Positions 48,310 through 58,256 of a stretch of 64,000 nucleotides of DNA are shown here, one piece after another. Made by a program: the position numbers and the translations under genes. The stretch is from an uncultured delta proteobacterium (GTDB taxonomy: Bacteria; Desulfobacterota; Desulfobacteria; Desulfobacterales; SG8-13). The stretch lies in contig CAWAAN010000005.1 of NCBI GenBank assembly GCA_963779885.1, forward strand, positions 20,554 to 84,553, written 5' to 3'. Position 1 is the stretch's first letter. Every line of letters begins with the position of its first letter. The notes below the pieces were generated by a model. The model searched no databases and was not told the origin of the DNA. It saw nothing but the letters and a program-made list of their open reading frames with translations.

Positions 48310-48622
48310 GGTGTTCTCCCCGGTGGCAAAAGCCCGCTTTGCGAGTGTTGCGGCCTGCGGACGGCCATGCGAGAATTCCGTAAATTGGCATCGAAATAGA
48401 CGCTGGCCCGAGGCAGGGTGAGCATTGTCGCCAAACCCTTACAATTATTTATCATCATAGCAGATCGACCCGCCAATCTCAAATTTTTCTTCAGAGCCGT
48501 GCGGCCGCCGGTTACCTCCGGTATTTGTTCTTGCCGTACGTGACATCAGCTGCTAAAGAAATGAAGATAGAGGTGAACTTGTCGGCAGTTTAGCCTTCTA
48601 ACCCGTTCTGGAGCCTGTTCCC

Positions 48623-49708
48623 ATGGAGGAAACCATCCGGCTGACCGAAGACCTGATCCGGTTCAAATCCACCCACGGCAATCCCACCGGAATTCAGCGG
48701 TGCGCTGATTACATCGAAGCTTTTTTCACGGCCAACGCCATCGATTACCAGCGATTGACCTTTCAAAATTATCCCTCGCTTCTGGCCGTGCCGCGCAGCG
48801 GAAAATTTTCCGTACTCCTGATGACCCACGTGGATGTGGTCGAGGGTGCGGACGCACTGTTCGAACCCCGGCGGCAGGACGGCAAGCTTTTCGGGCGCGG
48901 CAGCATCGACGACAAGTACGCGGCCGCTCTCTCGCTGGTGCTTCTCAAGGAACACCTGCAGCGGTGCCGTGGCCGGGGCGGCACCCAAGAGGACCTGCCC
49001 TTCGGCATCCTGATCACGACCGACGAGGAGATCGGCGGGGTCAACGGGGCTCAAAAAGTGCTGCCCCTGGTCAAAGCCGACTTTTGCATCGCCCTGGACG
49101 GCGGCGCGGTCGCTAAGATCGTCGTCAAGGAAAAGGGAATCCTGCGGCTCAAGCTGATCACCGCGGGTAAATCCGCCCATGGCGCCCGGCCCTGGCTCGG
49201 CGAAAACGCCATCGAGAAGCTGATCGAAGATTATCGCGTTATCCGAACATTTTTCAGGCAGTCCGTGCCGGACCATTGGCACCGGACGATTAACTTCGGC
49301 CGGATCAAGGCGGGGACATCGATCAACCAGGTGCCGGACAGCGCCGAGGCGCTATTCGACATCCGCTATACCGAAAACGACGACATCGATGCCCTGGTCG
49401 AGTCCATGCAGACCAAGATCGGCGGCCGCCTGGTGATCGAGGAAAGAGAGCCGCTGTTCATGGGCGGTGATTCTCCCCACCTGGACCGGCTGCTGGAAAT
49501 CGCGGCGGGGACGGCCACCGGATTCGAGCATGGCGCCAGCGATGCCCGTTATCTGAGCCAGTATGGGATCAAGGGGATTGTCTGGGGGGCGGACGGCAAT
49601 ATGAGCCAGCACACGGCCGAGGAGCACGTCGAGATTGCCAGCGTCTTTACGCTTTACGAAATCCTCGACAAGTATCTGACAGGTCTGGCGGTCGAGCGCC
49701 CGGATTGA
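48623..49708 (+). CDS. M20 family metallopeptidase (ArgE/DapE-like)
   Basis: THVDVV, GRGSIDDK, DEEIGG, GKSAHG, GASDAR, HTAEE. Confidence 0.92.
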   Translation: MEETIRLTEDLIRFKSTHGNPTGIQRCADYIEAFFTANAIDYQRLTFQNYPSLLAVPRSGKFSVLLMTHVDVVEGADALFEPRRQDGKLFGRGSIDDKYAAALSLVLLKEHLQRCRGRGGTQEDLPFGILITTDEEIGGVNGAQKVLPLVKADFCIALDGGAVAKIVVKEKGILRLKLITAGKSAHGARPWLGENAIEKLIEDYRVIRTFFRQSVPDHWHRTINFGRIKAGTSINQVPDSAEALFDIRYTENDDIDALVESMQTKIGGRLVIEEREPLFMGGDSPHLDRLLEIAAGTATGFEHGASDARYLSQYGIKGIVWGADGNMSQHTAEEHVEIASVFTLYEILDKYLTGLAVERPD

Positions 49709-49761
49709 CTGTGGCGGTCTACTCTTGACGCCCCTGCAGTTTAACACGAATATAGGTTTCA

Positions 49762-49874
49762 AACGTCGAGCAACGAACATCGAATAAGAAGATCGCTGCG
49801 TTCCACCGGTTAAATAGTAAAAAGACAATTTTTCTTATTCACCATTCGATGTTGACCGTTCGATGGTCGACGTT
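49762..49874. repeat. Inverted pair of heptamer-like repeat arms
   Basis: AACGTCGA..AACATCGAAT (49762-49785) versus ATTCGATGTT..TCGACGTT (49844-49874). Confidence 0.6.
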
Positions 49875-49966
49875 CATCTGTTCCGATTTTCATTATTCGG
49901 TTCTGCGAGGCAGAGGGGGCGTGCGCCCATCCGCACGCAACACGGAAATGGCAAAGGAGGTAGACG

Positions 49967-51571
49967 ATGAAACGATTGACGGTTTTCATGGGCGTGCTGG
50001 TACTTCTGCTGGCGGTCACCGCCGTTGCGGCGCCCAAACCGGGAGGAACCCTCGTGTTCGGTCGTGGGGGAGACAGCGTGGGCCTGGACCCGGCCTACGA
50101 GACCGACGGCAATTCGTTCATGATCTGCGACAACGTTTTCGAGGCGCTCGTTTTTTACAAGGATGAATCGACCGCCCTGGAACCCGGACTGGCCCAGGCG
50201 TGGAAAATTGCCCCGGACGGCAAAACTTACACCTTTCAGCTGCGCAAAGGGGTCAAATTCCACGACGGGACGCCTTTCGATGCCAACGCCGTCGTTTTTT
50301 CCATCGGCCGCATGATGAAGGACCGCAAGGTGAAGTTCGTCGGCAAGGGCTGGGAGATTCCCGCCCAGGAACGGCCGCCGGAGTACTGGGTCTCGATGGA
50401 AATGGATGACATCGTCGAGAGCATCGAGGCCGTCGATGATGCCACGGTGGTGTTCAAACTCAAAAAGGTGAATGCGCCGTTTATGGCCAACATGGGCATG
50501 GATTTTGCCGACATCATCAGCCCCACGGCCTTTTTGAAGGATCCCAAGGAGTTCATCCGCAATCCGGTCGGGACCGGGCCGTTCAAGTTCGTCAAATGGG
50601 TCAAAGACGACCGGATCATCCTGGAGAAAAATCCGGACTACTGGAACAAGACCGGCGGGCCCTACCTCGATCAGGTCGTTTTTCGGTCGATACCGGAAAA
50701 CTCGGTCCGTTTCCTCGAACTCAAAACCGGCAACATCCACATCTGCCAGTTTCCCAATCCGGCCGATATCGCCCTGGCCGAAAAGGACAAGAGCCTCAAG
50801 CTGGTGTCACAGCCCGGAATGAACATCGGTTACGTCGGCTACAATCTGACCAAGGAGCCCTGGAAGACCAATGTCGACCTGCGCAAGGCGGTCGCCCATG
50901 CCATTAACCGCACGGCGATCGTCGACAACATCTACCAGGGGCTGGGGCAGGTGGCCAAAAACCCGATTCCGCCGACCATGTGGGGCTACAACGACAAGGT
51001 GCCCGGCTACGTCTTCGATGTCGCGCAGGCCAAGGAATACCTTAAAAAAGCCGGTTTTGCCGACGGCAATAAATTGGGCGAGATCACCCTGTGGTCGATG
51101 CCCGTGCCCCGGCCCTACAATCCCGAGGGCTTGAAGGTCGGCGAGGCGATGGCCGCCGATTTGGCTAAAGTCGGAATTACGGCCAAGGTCGTCACCTTCG
51201 AGTGGGGCACCTATCTCAAACGCCAGCGCGAGCAACCGGCGGACATGGACATGTTCCAGTTGGGGTGGACCGGCGACAACGGGGACCCGGACAACTTTCT
51301 GGCGGTGCTCTTCGACGGCCTGGCCTCTTCGGCCGTGCGCACCCAGTGGCACAACGAAAAGTATCATCAACTGATGATCAAGGGCCGCGAGACGATCGAC
51401 CAGGAGAAGCGCGCCGAAATTTACCAGGAAGCCCAGCAGTTGCTCTACGACGAGTGCCCCGTCATCCCGATCGCCCACTCGACCGTGAAATGGCCGGAGC
51501 TGAAAAACGTGATGAACTTCAAGCTGCACCCCACCGCATCGGTGCGGATGAAGGACGTCTATCTGGAGTGA
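49967..51571 (+). CDS. dppA: Dipeptide ABC transporter substrate-binding protein
   Basis: LRKGVKFHDGTPF, PVGTGPF, MPVPRPYNP, GWTGDNGDPDNF. Confidence 0.93.
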   Translation: MKRLTVFMGVLVLLLAVTAVAAPKPGGTLVFGRGGDSVGLDPAYETDGNSFMICDNVFEALVFYKDESTALEPGLAQAWKIAPDGKTYTFQLRKGVKFHDGTPFDANAVVFSIGRMMKDRKVKFVGKGWEIPAQERPPEYWVSMEMDDIVESIEAVDDATVVFKLKKVNAPFMANMGMDFADIISPTAFLKDPKEFIRNPVGTGPFKFVKWVKDDRIILEKNPDYWNKTGGPYLDQVVFRSIPENSVRFLELKTGNIHICQFPNPADIALAEKDKSLKLVSQPGMNIGYVGYNLTKEPWKTNVDLRKAVAHAINRTAIVDNIYQGLGQVAKNPIPPTMWGYNDKVPGYVFDVAQAKEYLKKAGFADGNKLGEITLWSMPVPRPYNPEGLKVGEAMAADLAKVGITAKVVTFEWGTYLKRQREQPADMDMFQLGWTGDNGDPDNFLAVLFDGLASSAVRTQWHNEKYHQLMIKGRETIDQEKRAEIYQEAQQLLYDECPVIPIAHSTVKWPELKNVMNFKLHPTASVRMKDVYLE

Positions 51572-51632
51572 CGAAGGATTTAACATTCGAATTCGACGCT
51601 CATCTAAGGGTTTAAATATAACCACGCTTGCG

Positions 51633-51728
51633 GTAGGGGCACGGCACGCCGTGCCCCTACCCAGGATGCTGCTTGCGGGATTGCTTCGGGACCTCCTGTG
51701 GTAGGGGCGAAAGATTTTTCGCCCCTGC
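51633..51728. repeat. Two GTAGGGGC-type REP palindromes
   Basis: GTAGGGGCACGGCACGCCGTGCCCCTAC (51633-51660) and GTAGGGGCGAAAGATTTTTCGCCCCTGC (51701-51728). Confidence 0.85.
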
Positions 51729-51832
51729 GAGACGGTCAGCCACCGCTGGCATCCGCTCATCCGGTCTCCGGTGCGTCACCTGTTGGCATTTCGGGAGTCT
51801 TGACGTGAAATCGATGAGACTCATTAATCGAC

Positions 51833-51920
51833 AACTGTCCAACTGACAAAACCAACCTAACTGACTCAACCGACCAACTGACTTAACTGATCCAACTGAC
51901 CTAACCGACTTGACCAAACC
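51833..51920 (+). repeat. 9-mer tandem array (AACYGACYY), about 10 units
   Basis: AACTGACAA AACCAACCT AACTGACTC ... AACTGACTT AACTGATCC AACTGACCT AACCGACTT. Confidence 0.85.
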
Positions 51921-51926
51921 ACGCCC

Positions 51927-52931
51927 ATGCTCGCCTACATCATCAGACGCATCCTGATTTTGATCCCCACCCTGATCGGGGTGTCGATCATCGTTTTTCT
52001 GATGCTTCAGCTCACGCCGGGCGACCCGGCGGAACTTCTGCTCGGCGAGCGGGCCACGCCGGAAGCCCTGGAACAGCTCCGGGAGCACCTCGGGTTGAAC
52101 CGCCCGCTCTACGTCCAGTACGGCCTGTTTTTCAAGCGCCTGCTCAAAGGCGACCTGGGGGAAACCATCTGGACCCGGCAGAAGGTGTGGACCGAGGTCA
52201 AGCAGCGCTTCCCGGCCACCATCGAACTGTCGGTCGTCGCCCTGGCGATCAGTTGCTTTTTCGGGATCGTGCTCGGGATTATTTCGGCCACCAAGCAGTA
52301 TTCCTTCTTCGACTACGCCAGCATGGTCGCGGCCCTGGCCGGGGTCAGCATGCCGATCTTCTGGCTCGGCCTGGTGCTGATGCTGATCTTTTCGCTGCAT
52401 CTCGGCTGGCTCCCGATATCCGGCCGCCTGAGTGTGGGGGTCAACCTGGAGGTGATCACCAATTTCTACATTCTGGATGCCATACTGACCCGTAACTGGA
52501 CGGCTTTCAAGGATGCGCTGTGGCACATCATCATGCCGGCGGTGACCTTGAGCACCATCTCGACCGCGATCGTCGCGCGAATGACCCGCTCGGCCATGCT
52601 GGATGTGCTGCGTCAGGACTACATCAAGACGGCCAAGGCCAAGGGGCTGTCGAAATTCAGCGTCACGTTCAAACATGCCCTGCGCAATGCGCTCATTCCG
52701 GTCGTCACCACGATCGGCCTGCAATTCGGGGTGCTGCTGGGCGGCGCGATATTGACCGAGACGATATTCGCTTGGCCCGGGGTGGGCAAGTGGATGTACG
52801 ATGCGGTCATGCAGCGCGATTACATGGTCATTCAGGGGGGCACGCTGTTTATCGCCGCCATCTTTGTTTTCATCAATCTGGGGGTGGATGTGCTCTATGC
52901 CGTCATCAATCCCAGGATCAGCATGCGATAA
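51927..52931 (+). CDS. dppB: Dipeptide ABC permease
   Basis: PGDPA, FPATIEL, RMTRSAMLDVL, ETIFAWPGVG. Confidence 0.93.
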   Translation: MLAYIIRRILILIPTLIGVSIIVFLMLQLTPGDPAELLLGERATPEALEQLREHLGLNRPLYVQYGLFFKRLLKGDLGETIWTRQKVWTEVKQRFPATIELSVVALAISCFFGIVLGIISATKQYSFFDYASMVAALAGVSMPIFWLGLVLMLIFSLHLGWLPISGRLSVGVNLEVITNFYILDAILTRNWTAFKDALWHIIMPAVTLSTISTAIVARMTRSAMLDVLRQDYIKTAKAKGLSKFSVTFKHALRNALIPVVTTIGLQFGVLLGGAILTETIFAWPGVGKWMYDAVMQRDYMVIQGGTLFIAAIFVFINLGVDVLYAVINPRISMR

Positions 52932-52953
52932 AATCGCCTTCCGGCGATTTTAT
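52928..52953 (+). terminator. Intercistronic hairpin
   Basis: ATAAAATCGCC-ttcc-GGCGATTTTAT perfect 11-bp stem. Confidence 0.55.
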
Positions 52954-52985
52954 GAAACGCGGCGTTGCCGCTATAAAAGCGGTTT

Positions 52986-53882
52986 ATGACGAAGGTGCGT
53001 GAGGAAAATAAGGAGCCGGTGCTGCGGCACCCGATGGTCGAGCAGTTGAGCCAGTTGTGGCGCAACAAAACCGCCGTCGCGGGCCTGGTGGTTATTGTCG
53101 TTTTTTTTCTGACCGCCATTTTCGCCCCGTTGCTCAGTCCTAAAAATCCTCTGGAGACGTCTCTCTACGATCAGCTCAAACCGCCGGCCTGGCAGGACGG
53201 TGGGGCGCTGAAAAACGTTTTGGGGACCGACGACCTCGGCCGCGACACCCTGTCGCGGATCATCTACGGCGCGCGGGTTTCCCTGCTGGTGGCGGTTGTC
53301 AGTGTCGGACTGGCTTTTTTCTGCGGCACGCTGCTCGGCTCGCTATCGGGCTACTACGGGGGCGCCGTCGACAGCCTCATCATGCGCCTGATGGACATGC
53401 TGCTGGCCTTTCCCTACCTGCTGTTGGCGATCGTCGTGGTGGCCTACCTCGGGCCCAGCCTCCAGAATGCCATGATGGCCATCGGCATCACCTATGTGCC
53501 GCGGTTTGCCCGAATCGTGCGGGGCAGCGTACTGGAGGAAAGCGGCAAGGACTACGTCATGGCGGCCCGCGCCATCGGGGCCGGAAATCTGCGGATCCTT
53601 TTCCTGGCTATTTTGCCCAACTGCATGGGGCCCTTGATCGTTCAGACGACGCTCAGCATGGCCTCGGCGATCCTGGATGCGGCGGCCCTGAGCTTTCTGG
53701 GACTGGGCGCCCAGCCGCCGACGCCCGAGTGGGGCTCCATGATCGCCAGGAGCCGCAGCCTGATCCTGCGTGCCCCGTGGGTGATGACCTTTCCGGGCAT
53801 CGCCATCCTGCTGGCCGTTCTGGGCTTCAACCTGCTGGGCGACGGCCTGCGGGATGCCCTGGACCCAAGGTTGAGGGATTGA
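52986..53882 (+). CDS. dppC: Dipeptide ABC permease
   Basis: LGTDDLGRD, LGLGAQPPTPEWG, GDGLRDALDP. Confidence 0.93.
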   Translation: MTKVREENKEPVLRHPMVEQLSQLWRNKTAVAGLVVIVVFFLTAIFAPLLSPKNPLETSLYDQLKPPAWQDGGALKNVLGTDDLGRDTLSRIIYGARVSLLVAVVSVGLAFFCGTLLGSLSGYYGGAVDSLIMRLMDMLLAFPYLLLAIVVVAYLGPSLQNAMMAIGITYVPRFARIVRGSVLEESGKDYVMAARAIGAGNLRILFLAILPNCMGPLIVQTTLSMASAILDAAALSFLGLGAQPPTPEWGSMIARSRSLILRAPWVMTFPGIAILLAVLGFNLLGDGLRDALDPRLRD

Positions 53883-53963
53883 CCGCGCTGGCAAACAAAA
53901 AGCGGTCTCGGGGTGGCGGCCGAGACGGTTTAAACCTGGAGTCAAAAATTGATGACATCCGTT

Positions 53964-54071
53964 TACCCAATCAACTCCAGCAACCCAACAAACGCAATGA
54001 ACTCAACAAGCCCAATCAACTCAATAAACTGACTTAACTGACCCAACTGACATAACCGACCCAACTGACCT
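53964..54071 (+). repeat. 9-mer tandem array, 12 in-phase units of two types
   Basis: 7 x ~AACYCAAYN followed by 5 x AACYGACHY. Confidence 0.85.
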
Positions 54072-54088
54072 ATAACGAAACGACCCCT

Positions 54089-55063
54089 GTGGCGACCACG
54101 CTTTTAGACATCCAAAATCTCAAGACCCAGTTCGTCGTTCGCGGCCAGGTGGCGCGCGCGGTCGATGATGTCAGTTTGTCGGTGGCCGCCGGCCAAACCC
54201 TCGGGCTGGTGGGGGAATCCGGCTGCGGCAAGAGTGTGACCGCCCACTCCATCATTCGGCTTATCCCGCAGCCGCCCGGCAGGATTGCCGGCGGCCGGGT
54301 CATCTTCGAGGGCATCGATCTCCTGGAACTCGGCGAGCGCCGCATGCGCCGCATTCGCGGCAATCGGATTTCCATGATCTTTCAGGAGCCGATGACGTCG
54401 CTGAATCCGGTGTTTACGGTGGGTGAGCAGGTCGGCGAGGTCATTCGCCTGCATCGCCACCTTTCGCGCCGGGAGACGCGCCGGCGGGTCGTGGACATAT
54501 TTCAACTGGTCGGTATTCCGGCCCCGGAAAAACGGCTCGCGGACTACCCGCATCAAATGAGCGGCGGCATGCGCCAGCGGGTCATGATCGCCATGGCGCT
54601 GGCCTGCAATCCCCAATTGATGATTGCCGACGAGCCGACGACCGCCCTCGATGTCACCATCCAGGCCCAGATCCTGGACCTGATGAACAAACTCAAAGAA
54701 GAAACCGGTGCCGCGATCCTTTTCATCACGCACGATCTGGGCGTGATAGCCGAAATGGCCCAGCATGTGGCGGTGATGTATGCCGGTAAAATGATGGAAC
54801 ACGCCGAGGTGGGAGCGCTTTTCGCCGATCCCAAACACCCCTACACCGTGGGGCTGATGCAATCGATACCGGTTCTCGGCCGCCAGACCCGGGACGGTCG
54901 CCTGAGGACCATAGCGGGCATGGTTCCCTCCCTGTTCAACCTGCCTGCCGGCTGCCTGTTCAGCGACCGCTGCCCGGATGTCTTCGAGGAGTGCCGGCGC
55001 ATCGAACCGGCCATGGTCGCGGCAGGCGCCCATCACAATGTTCGGTGCTTGAAATATGTCTGA
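54089..55063 (+). CDS. dppD: Oligo/dipeptide ABC ATPase
   Basis: [24 protein letters not shown], Cys-rich tail. Confidence 0.92.
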   Translation: MATTLLDIQNLKTQFVVRGQVARAVDDVSLSVAAGQTLGLVGESGCGKSVTAHSIIRLIPQPPGRIAGGRVIFEGIDLLELGERRMRRIRGNRISMIFQEPMTSLNPVFTVGEQVGEVIRLHRHLSRRETRRRVVDIFQLVGIPAPEKRLADYPHQMSGGMRQRVMIAMALACNPQLMIADEPTTALDVTIQAQILDLMNKLKEETGAAILFITHDLGVIAEMAQHVAVMYAGKMMEHAEVGALFADPKHPYTVGLMQSIPVLGRQTRDGRLRTIAGMVPSLFNLPAGCLFSDRCPDVFEECRRIEPAMVAAGAHHNVRCLKYV

Positions 55064-56051
55064 AAACAGCCCCAGCGCCGCCCTGGTGGAAGCCAGAAAT
55101 CTCGTAAAATACTACCCCATCCGGGGCGGGGTATTTTTAAAAGAGGTGGCGGCGGTGAAGGCGGTCGACGGTGTGAGCCTGACCATCGGTTCCGGAGAGA
55201 CCCTGGGGCTGGTCGGTGAGTCCGGCTGCGGCAAAACCACCCTGGGCCGCGCCATCCTGCGGCTGGAAGAACCGACGGCCGGAGAGGTGATCTACAAGGG
55301 CCGCAACATCCTGGCCTGTTCTTCGAAGGAAATGCGCGCGTTGCGCCGTCAGATGCAGATTGTCTTTCAGGACCCTTTTTCGTCCTTGAACCCGCGCAAG
55401 ACGATCGCTCAGATCATCGGCGAACCTCTGCTGGTTCACGGCATGAAGAGCCGGCGGGAACGCGAGGAGCGGGTGCTCTACCTGCTGGATGTCGTCGGCA
55501 TGCGGCCGGAGCAGATGCGACGCTACCCGCACATGTTTTCGGGCGGTCAGCGGCAGCGGATCGGCGTGGCAAGGGCCCTGGCACTGAACCCCGAACTGAT
55601 CGTCTGCGATGAGGCGGTCTCGGCCCTGGACGTGTCGATCCAGGCCCAGGTGCTCAACCTGCTCAAGGACCTGCAGCAGGAGTTCGGCCTGACCTATCTT
55701 TTCATCTCCCACGACCTGCACGTGGTCGAGCATGTCAGCGACCGGGTGGCGGTCATGTACCTGGGCAAGATCGTCGAGCTGGCCCCCAGACGGGATTTTT
55801 ACTCGAGGCCGCTGCACCCCTATTCACAAGCGCTTCTTTCGGCCTCTCCCCTGCCGGACCCGCAGCGCAAGCACCGCCGTATTATCCTGAAGGGTGATGT
55901 TCCTAGTCCGATCGATCCGCCGCCGGGATGCCGGTTCCACACCCGCTGCATCTATGCCCGCGATCTTTGCCGCCAACAGGAGCCGGATCTGCGCGAAATG
56001 GACCCGCGTCATTTTGCGGCCTGCCATTTCGCCGGCGAGGTGGGGACTTGA
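55056..56051 (+). CDS. dppF: Oligo/dipeptide ABC ATPase
   Basis: [35 protein letters not shown]. Confidence 0.92.
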   Translation: MSENSPSAALVEARNLVKYYPIRGGVFLKEVAAVKAVDGVSLTIGSGETLGLVGESGCGKTTLGRAILRLEEPTAGEVIYKGRNILACSSKEMRALRRQMQIVFQDPFSSLNPRKTIAQIIGEPLLVHGMKSRREREERVLYLLDVVGMRPEQMRRYPHMFSGGQRQRIGVARALALNPELIVCDEAVSALDVSIQAQVLNLLKDLQQEFGLTYLFISHDLHVVEHVSDRVAVMYLGKIVELAPRRDFYSRPLHPYSQALLSASPLPDPQRKHRRIILKGDVPSPIDPPPGCRFHTRCIYARDLCRQQEPDLREMDPRHFAACHFAGEVGT

Positions 56052-56111
56052 TTTTTGCGGCAAACCGCAGATGGGTGGCGCGGCTTTCCGGATGTCCGCC
56101 GTCCGCGGCGG

Positions 56112-56378
56112 TTAAAGTTCAAGCAGCCGTCGATTGGCCTCCGAACCCGCCACGACCGCCCCGAGTTCGGCCAGGGCCTTTTCGATCGCCTGCAGCGTAT
56201 CGGTTTCGGTCAGCGGATGGCGATTGACCCCCCGCTGTTCGAGGGCCGCGGTGATAAAGTCAATGGTCCAGCGATGGATGTCACTGGAGGGCTGGTAGGC
56301 CGGATAGTGGTCCCGGCTGCCGTTTGTGGGCGAGACCAGACCGGCCGCCGCCAGCTCGCCGACGATCTGCTGCGTCAG
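56112..56378 (-). pseudogene. C-terminal remnant resembling YihY/BrkB-family proteins
   Basis: Startless frame LTQQIVGELAAAGLVS..AYQPSSDIHRWTI..ALEQRG..SEANRRLLEL*, with an in-frame stop just upstream. Confidence 0.6.
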
Positions 56379-56482
56379 GCCCGGTGGTGAGGTAATTTTT
56401 TAGCCGGGTTCCCATTTCGAGGCGATTATAGTACCTTTTGATGCGGCATTGAAAGCTAAAATTTGAACCAAAGGAGTCGATA

Positions 56483-57025
56483 ATGTCTGATTCAACTGCG
56501 GCCGACTACGGCTGGGAAAAAGGTGACGATATCCGCCTGCTCGATAAAATCAGGCAGGACCTCAAGACGGCCATGCTCAACAAACACCCCGGCGTGCGGG
56601 ACGCGCTGCGGCAGATTATGTCCGAGTTTCCGAGCCTGACGGTCCCGATCCAACTGGAGAGCGGCAAGAAGACCACGCGTCTGAAAAAGCCAGATGAGAT
56701 CACTGACGAGGACATCCTCGGTATTATCCGTAAGCTCGTCAAGAGCGAGAAGATTATGCTGGAGGCCAAAAAAGAAACCTCTTCGGACTACTTGGGCACC
56801 CTGGAACGCTACCTGCCGCGCGCGGCCACCCGCGCGGAGATCGCCGCCTGGGTCAGGGAGAACATCGATCTGGCGCAGTACAAGAGTCCGCTGCAGGCCG
56901 TGGGGCCGGTCATGAAGCACTTCGGGAACCTGGCTGACGGGACGCTGGTCAAAGAAATCCTGCAGGAAATCGACCGCGCCGAGGCGACTCGCCCAACATC
57001 AGCCGGCCGTCAAACGCCTCGTTGA
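56483..57025 (+). CDS. GatB/YqeY domain protein
   Basis: DLKTAML, LERYLP, GPVMKHFGNLADG. Confidence 0.88.
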   Translation: MSDSTAADYGWEKGDDIRLLDKIRQDLKTAMLNKHPGVRDALRQIMSEFPSLTVPIQLESGKKTTRLKKPDEITDEDILGIIRKLVKSEKIMLEAKKETSSDYLGTLERYLPRAATRAEIAAWVRENIDLAQYKSPLQAVGPVMKHFGNLADGTLVKEILQEIDRAEATRPTSAGRQTPR

Positions 57026-57038
57026 TCAGGAGCAGCGG

Positions 57039-58214
57039 ATGTCGCCGATAGATCATCCCCGCCGGTTTGCCGATCGGCACAACATCAGGCGCCTCGTTTA
57101 CGCGGCCGTTCTGCTGGCGTGTCTTCTGGGCCTTTGCTGGACGCCTTGGGGCTGCGCCCGGCCGTTGGCGCCGGCCGACGAACGGACTTACCCGGCTGAC
57201 GTCCATTTGCCCCCCGCCGCGCCGGACTCATTTCACAACGCACTTTTCACGCGCCGCGACGGCGGCTGGACCGGTGGGGACGGCACCCGGTCGGTGTCGC
57301 TGCCTGACGGTCGCATCCTGTGGTTGTTCGGCGATACCTTTCTCGGCCGGGTCCGGCCGGACCACAGCCGGGCCGACTCGGCCCCGATGGTTCGCAACAC
57401 CTTTGTGCTCCAAAGCGGCGACACCCTGGTGACGCTGCACGGCGGCACGAAGGCTGATCCCCGGGCACTGGTGTCACCGCCGGCAAAAGGGTCGTGGTAC
57501 TGGCCCTCGGACGGTCTGGTGGAAGGCGGCCGGCTGCGCGTCTTCTTGCCCCGGTTCACGGCGACCGGGCCGGGAATGTGGGATTGGCACTGGAGCGGTA
57601 CCGACATCGCGACCTTTTCATTGCCAAAATTTCACCTGGAGAAGATCACCGCGGTCAGGTCGACCAACGGCGTGACCTACGGCGCGGCCCTGCTGCGAGA
57701 TGCCGGCGTGACCTATGTCTACGGGGTCGAGGATTTGCAGAGCGCCAACCACGTGCATGTCGCCCGGGCCGTTTCCGGGCACCTCTGCGGCGTGTGGGAA
57801 TACTGGAACGGCGCAAGATGGGATCCGGATCCACGTGAGTCGAAACGGCTACTGGCCGGGGCGGCGCTCCAGTTCAGCGTCCTTAAGACCGGCGACCATT
57901 ACGTGCTGATCACCTCCGACAACCGCCAGCCTTTTGACAGCGACATCGTCGCATACGCCGCCCCCTCTCCGACCGGTCCCTGGTCCGAAAGTATCCGGCT
58001 TTACCGCCCGCCGGAAGCCACCGGCGATCTGGTGGCCTATAACGCCCTGGCGCATCCGGACCTCTCGCCGCCGGGGCGTCTGCTGGTTTCCTACAACCTG
58101 AATAACGTCCGCGATCCGGCGGCCGTCTATCGCAATGCCGACATTTACCGTCCCCGATTCATCCTGATCGACCTCGAGGGGCTTTTAAAACAGTACCTGA
58201 TGTTATCAAAGTAA
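57039..58214 (+). CDS. Exported DUF4185/DUF5005-like beta-propeller protein
   Basis: GWTGGDGTRSV.LPDGRILWLFGDTF, SPTGPWS, YNALAHP, YRPRF; possible lipobox. Confidence 0.75.
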   Translation: MSPIDHPRRFADRHNIRRLVYAAVLLACLLGLCWTPWGCARPLAPADERTYPADVHLPPAAPDSFHNALFTRRDGGWTGGDGTRSVSLPDGRILWLFGDTFLGRVRPDHSRADSAPMVRNTFVLQSGDTLVTLHGGTKADPRALVSPPAKGSWYWPSDGLVEGGRLRVFLPRFTATGPGMWDWHWSGTDIATFSLPKFHLEKITAVRSTNGVTYGAALLRDAGVTYVYGVEDLQSANHVHVARAVSGHLCGVWEYWNGARWDPDPRESKRLLAGAALQFSVLKTGDHYVLITSDNRQPFDSDIVAYAAPSPTGPWSESIRLYRPPEATGDLVAYNALAHPDLSPPGRLLVSYNLNNVRDPAAVYRNADIYRPRFILIDLEGLLKQYLMLSK

Positions 58215-58256
58215 GCAGGATCGTCCTTCGGGAAGGCGGTAAAACGCCGCCGGGCC

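Noticed and set aside
53729-54037. ORF ending in NQL/NKL repeats
   Set aside because: Merely translates the 9-mer DNA array and overlaps dppC out of frame.
51833-54071. 9-mer arrays as CRISPR arrays
   Set aside because: Units are contiguous 9-mers without unique spacers, and there are no cas genes in the window.
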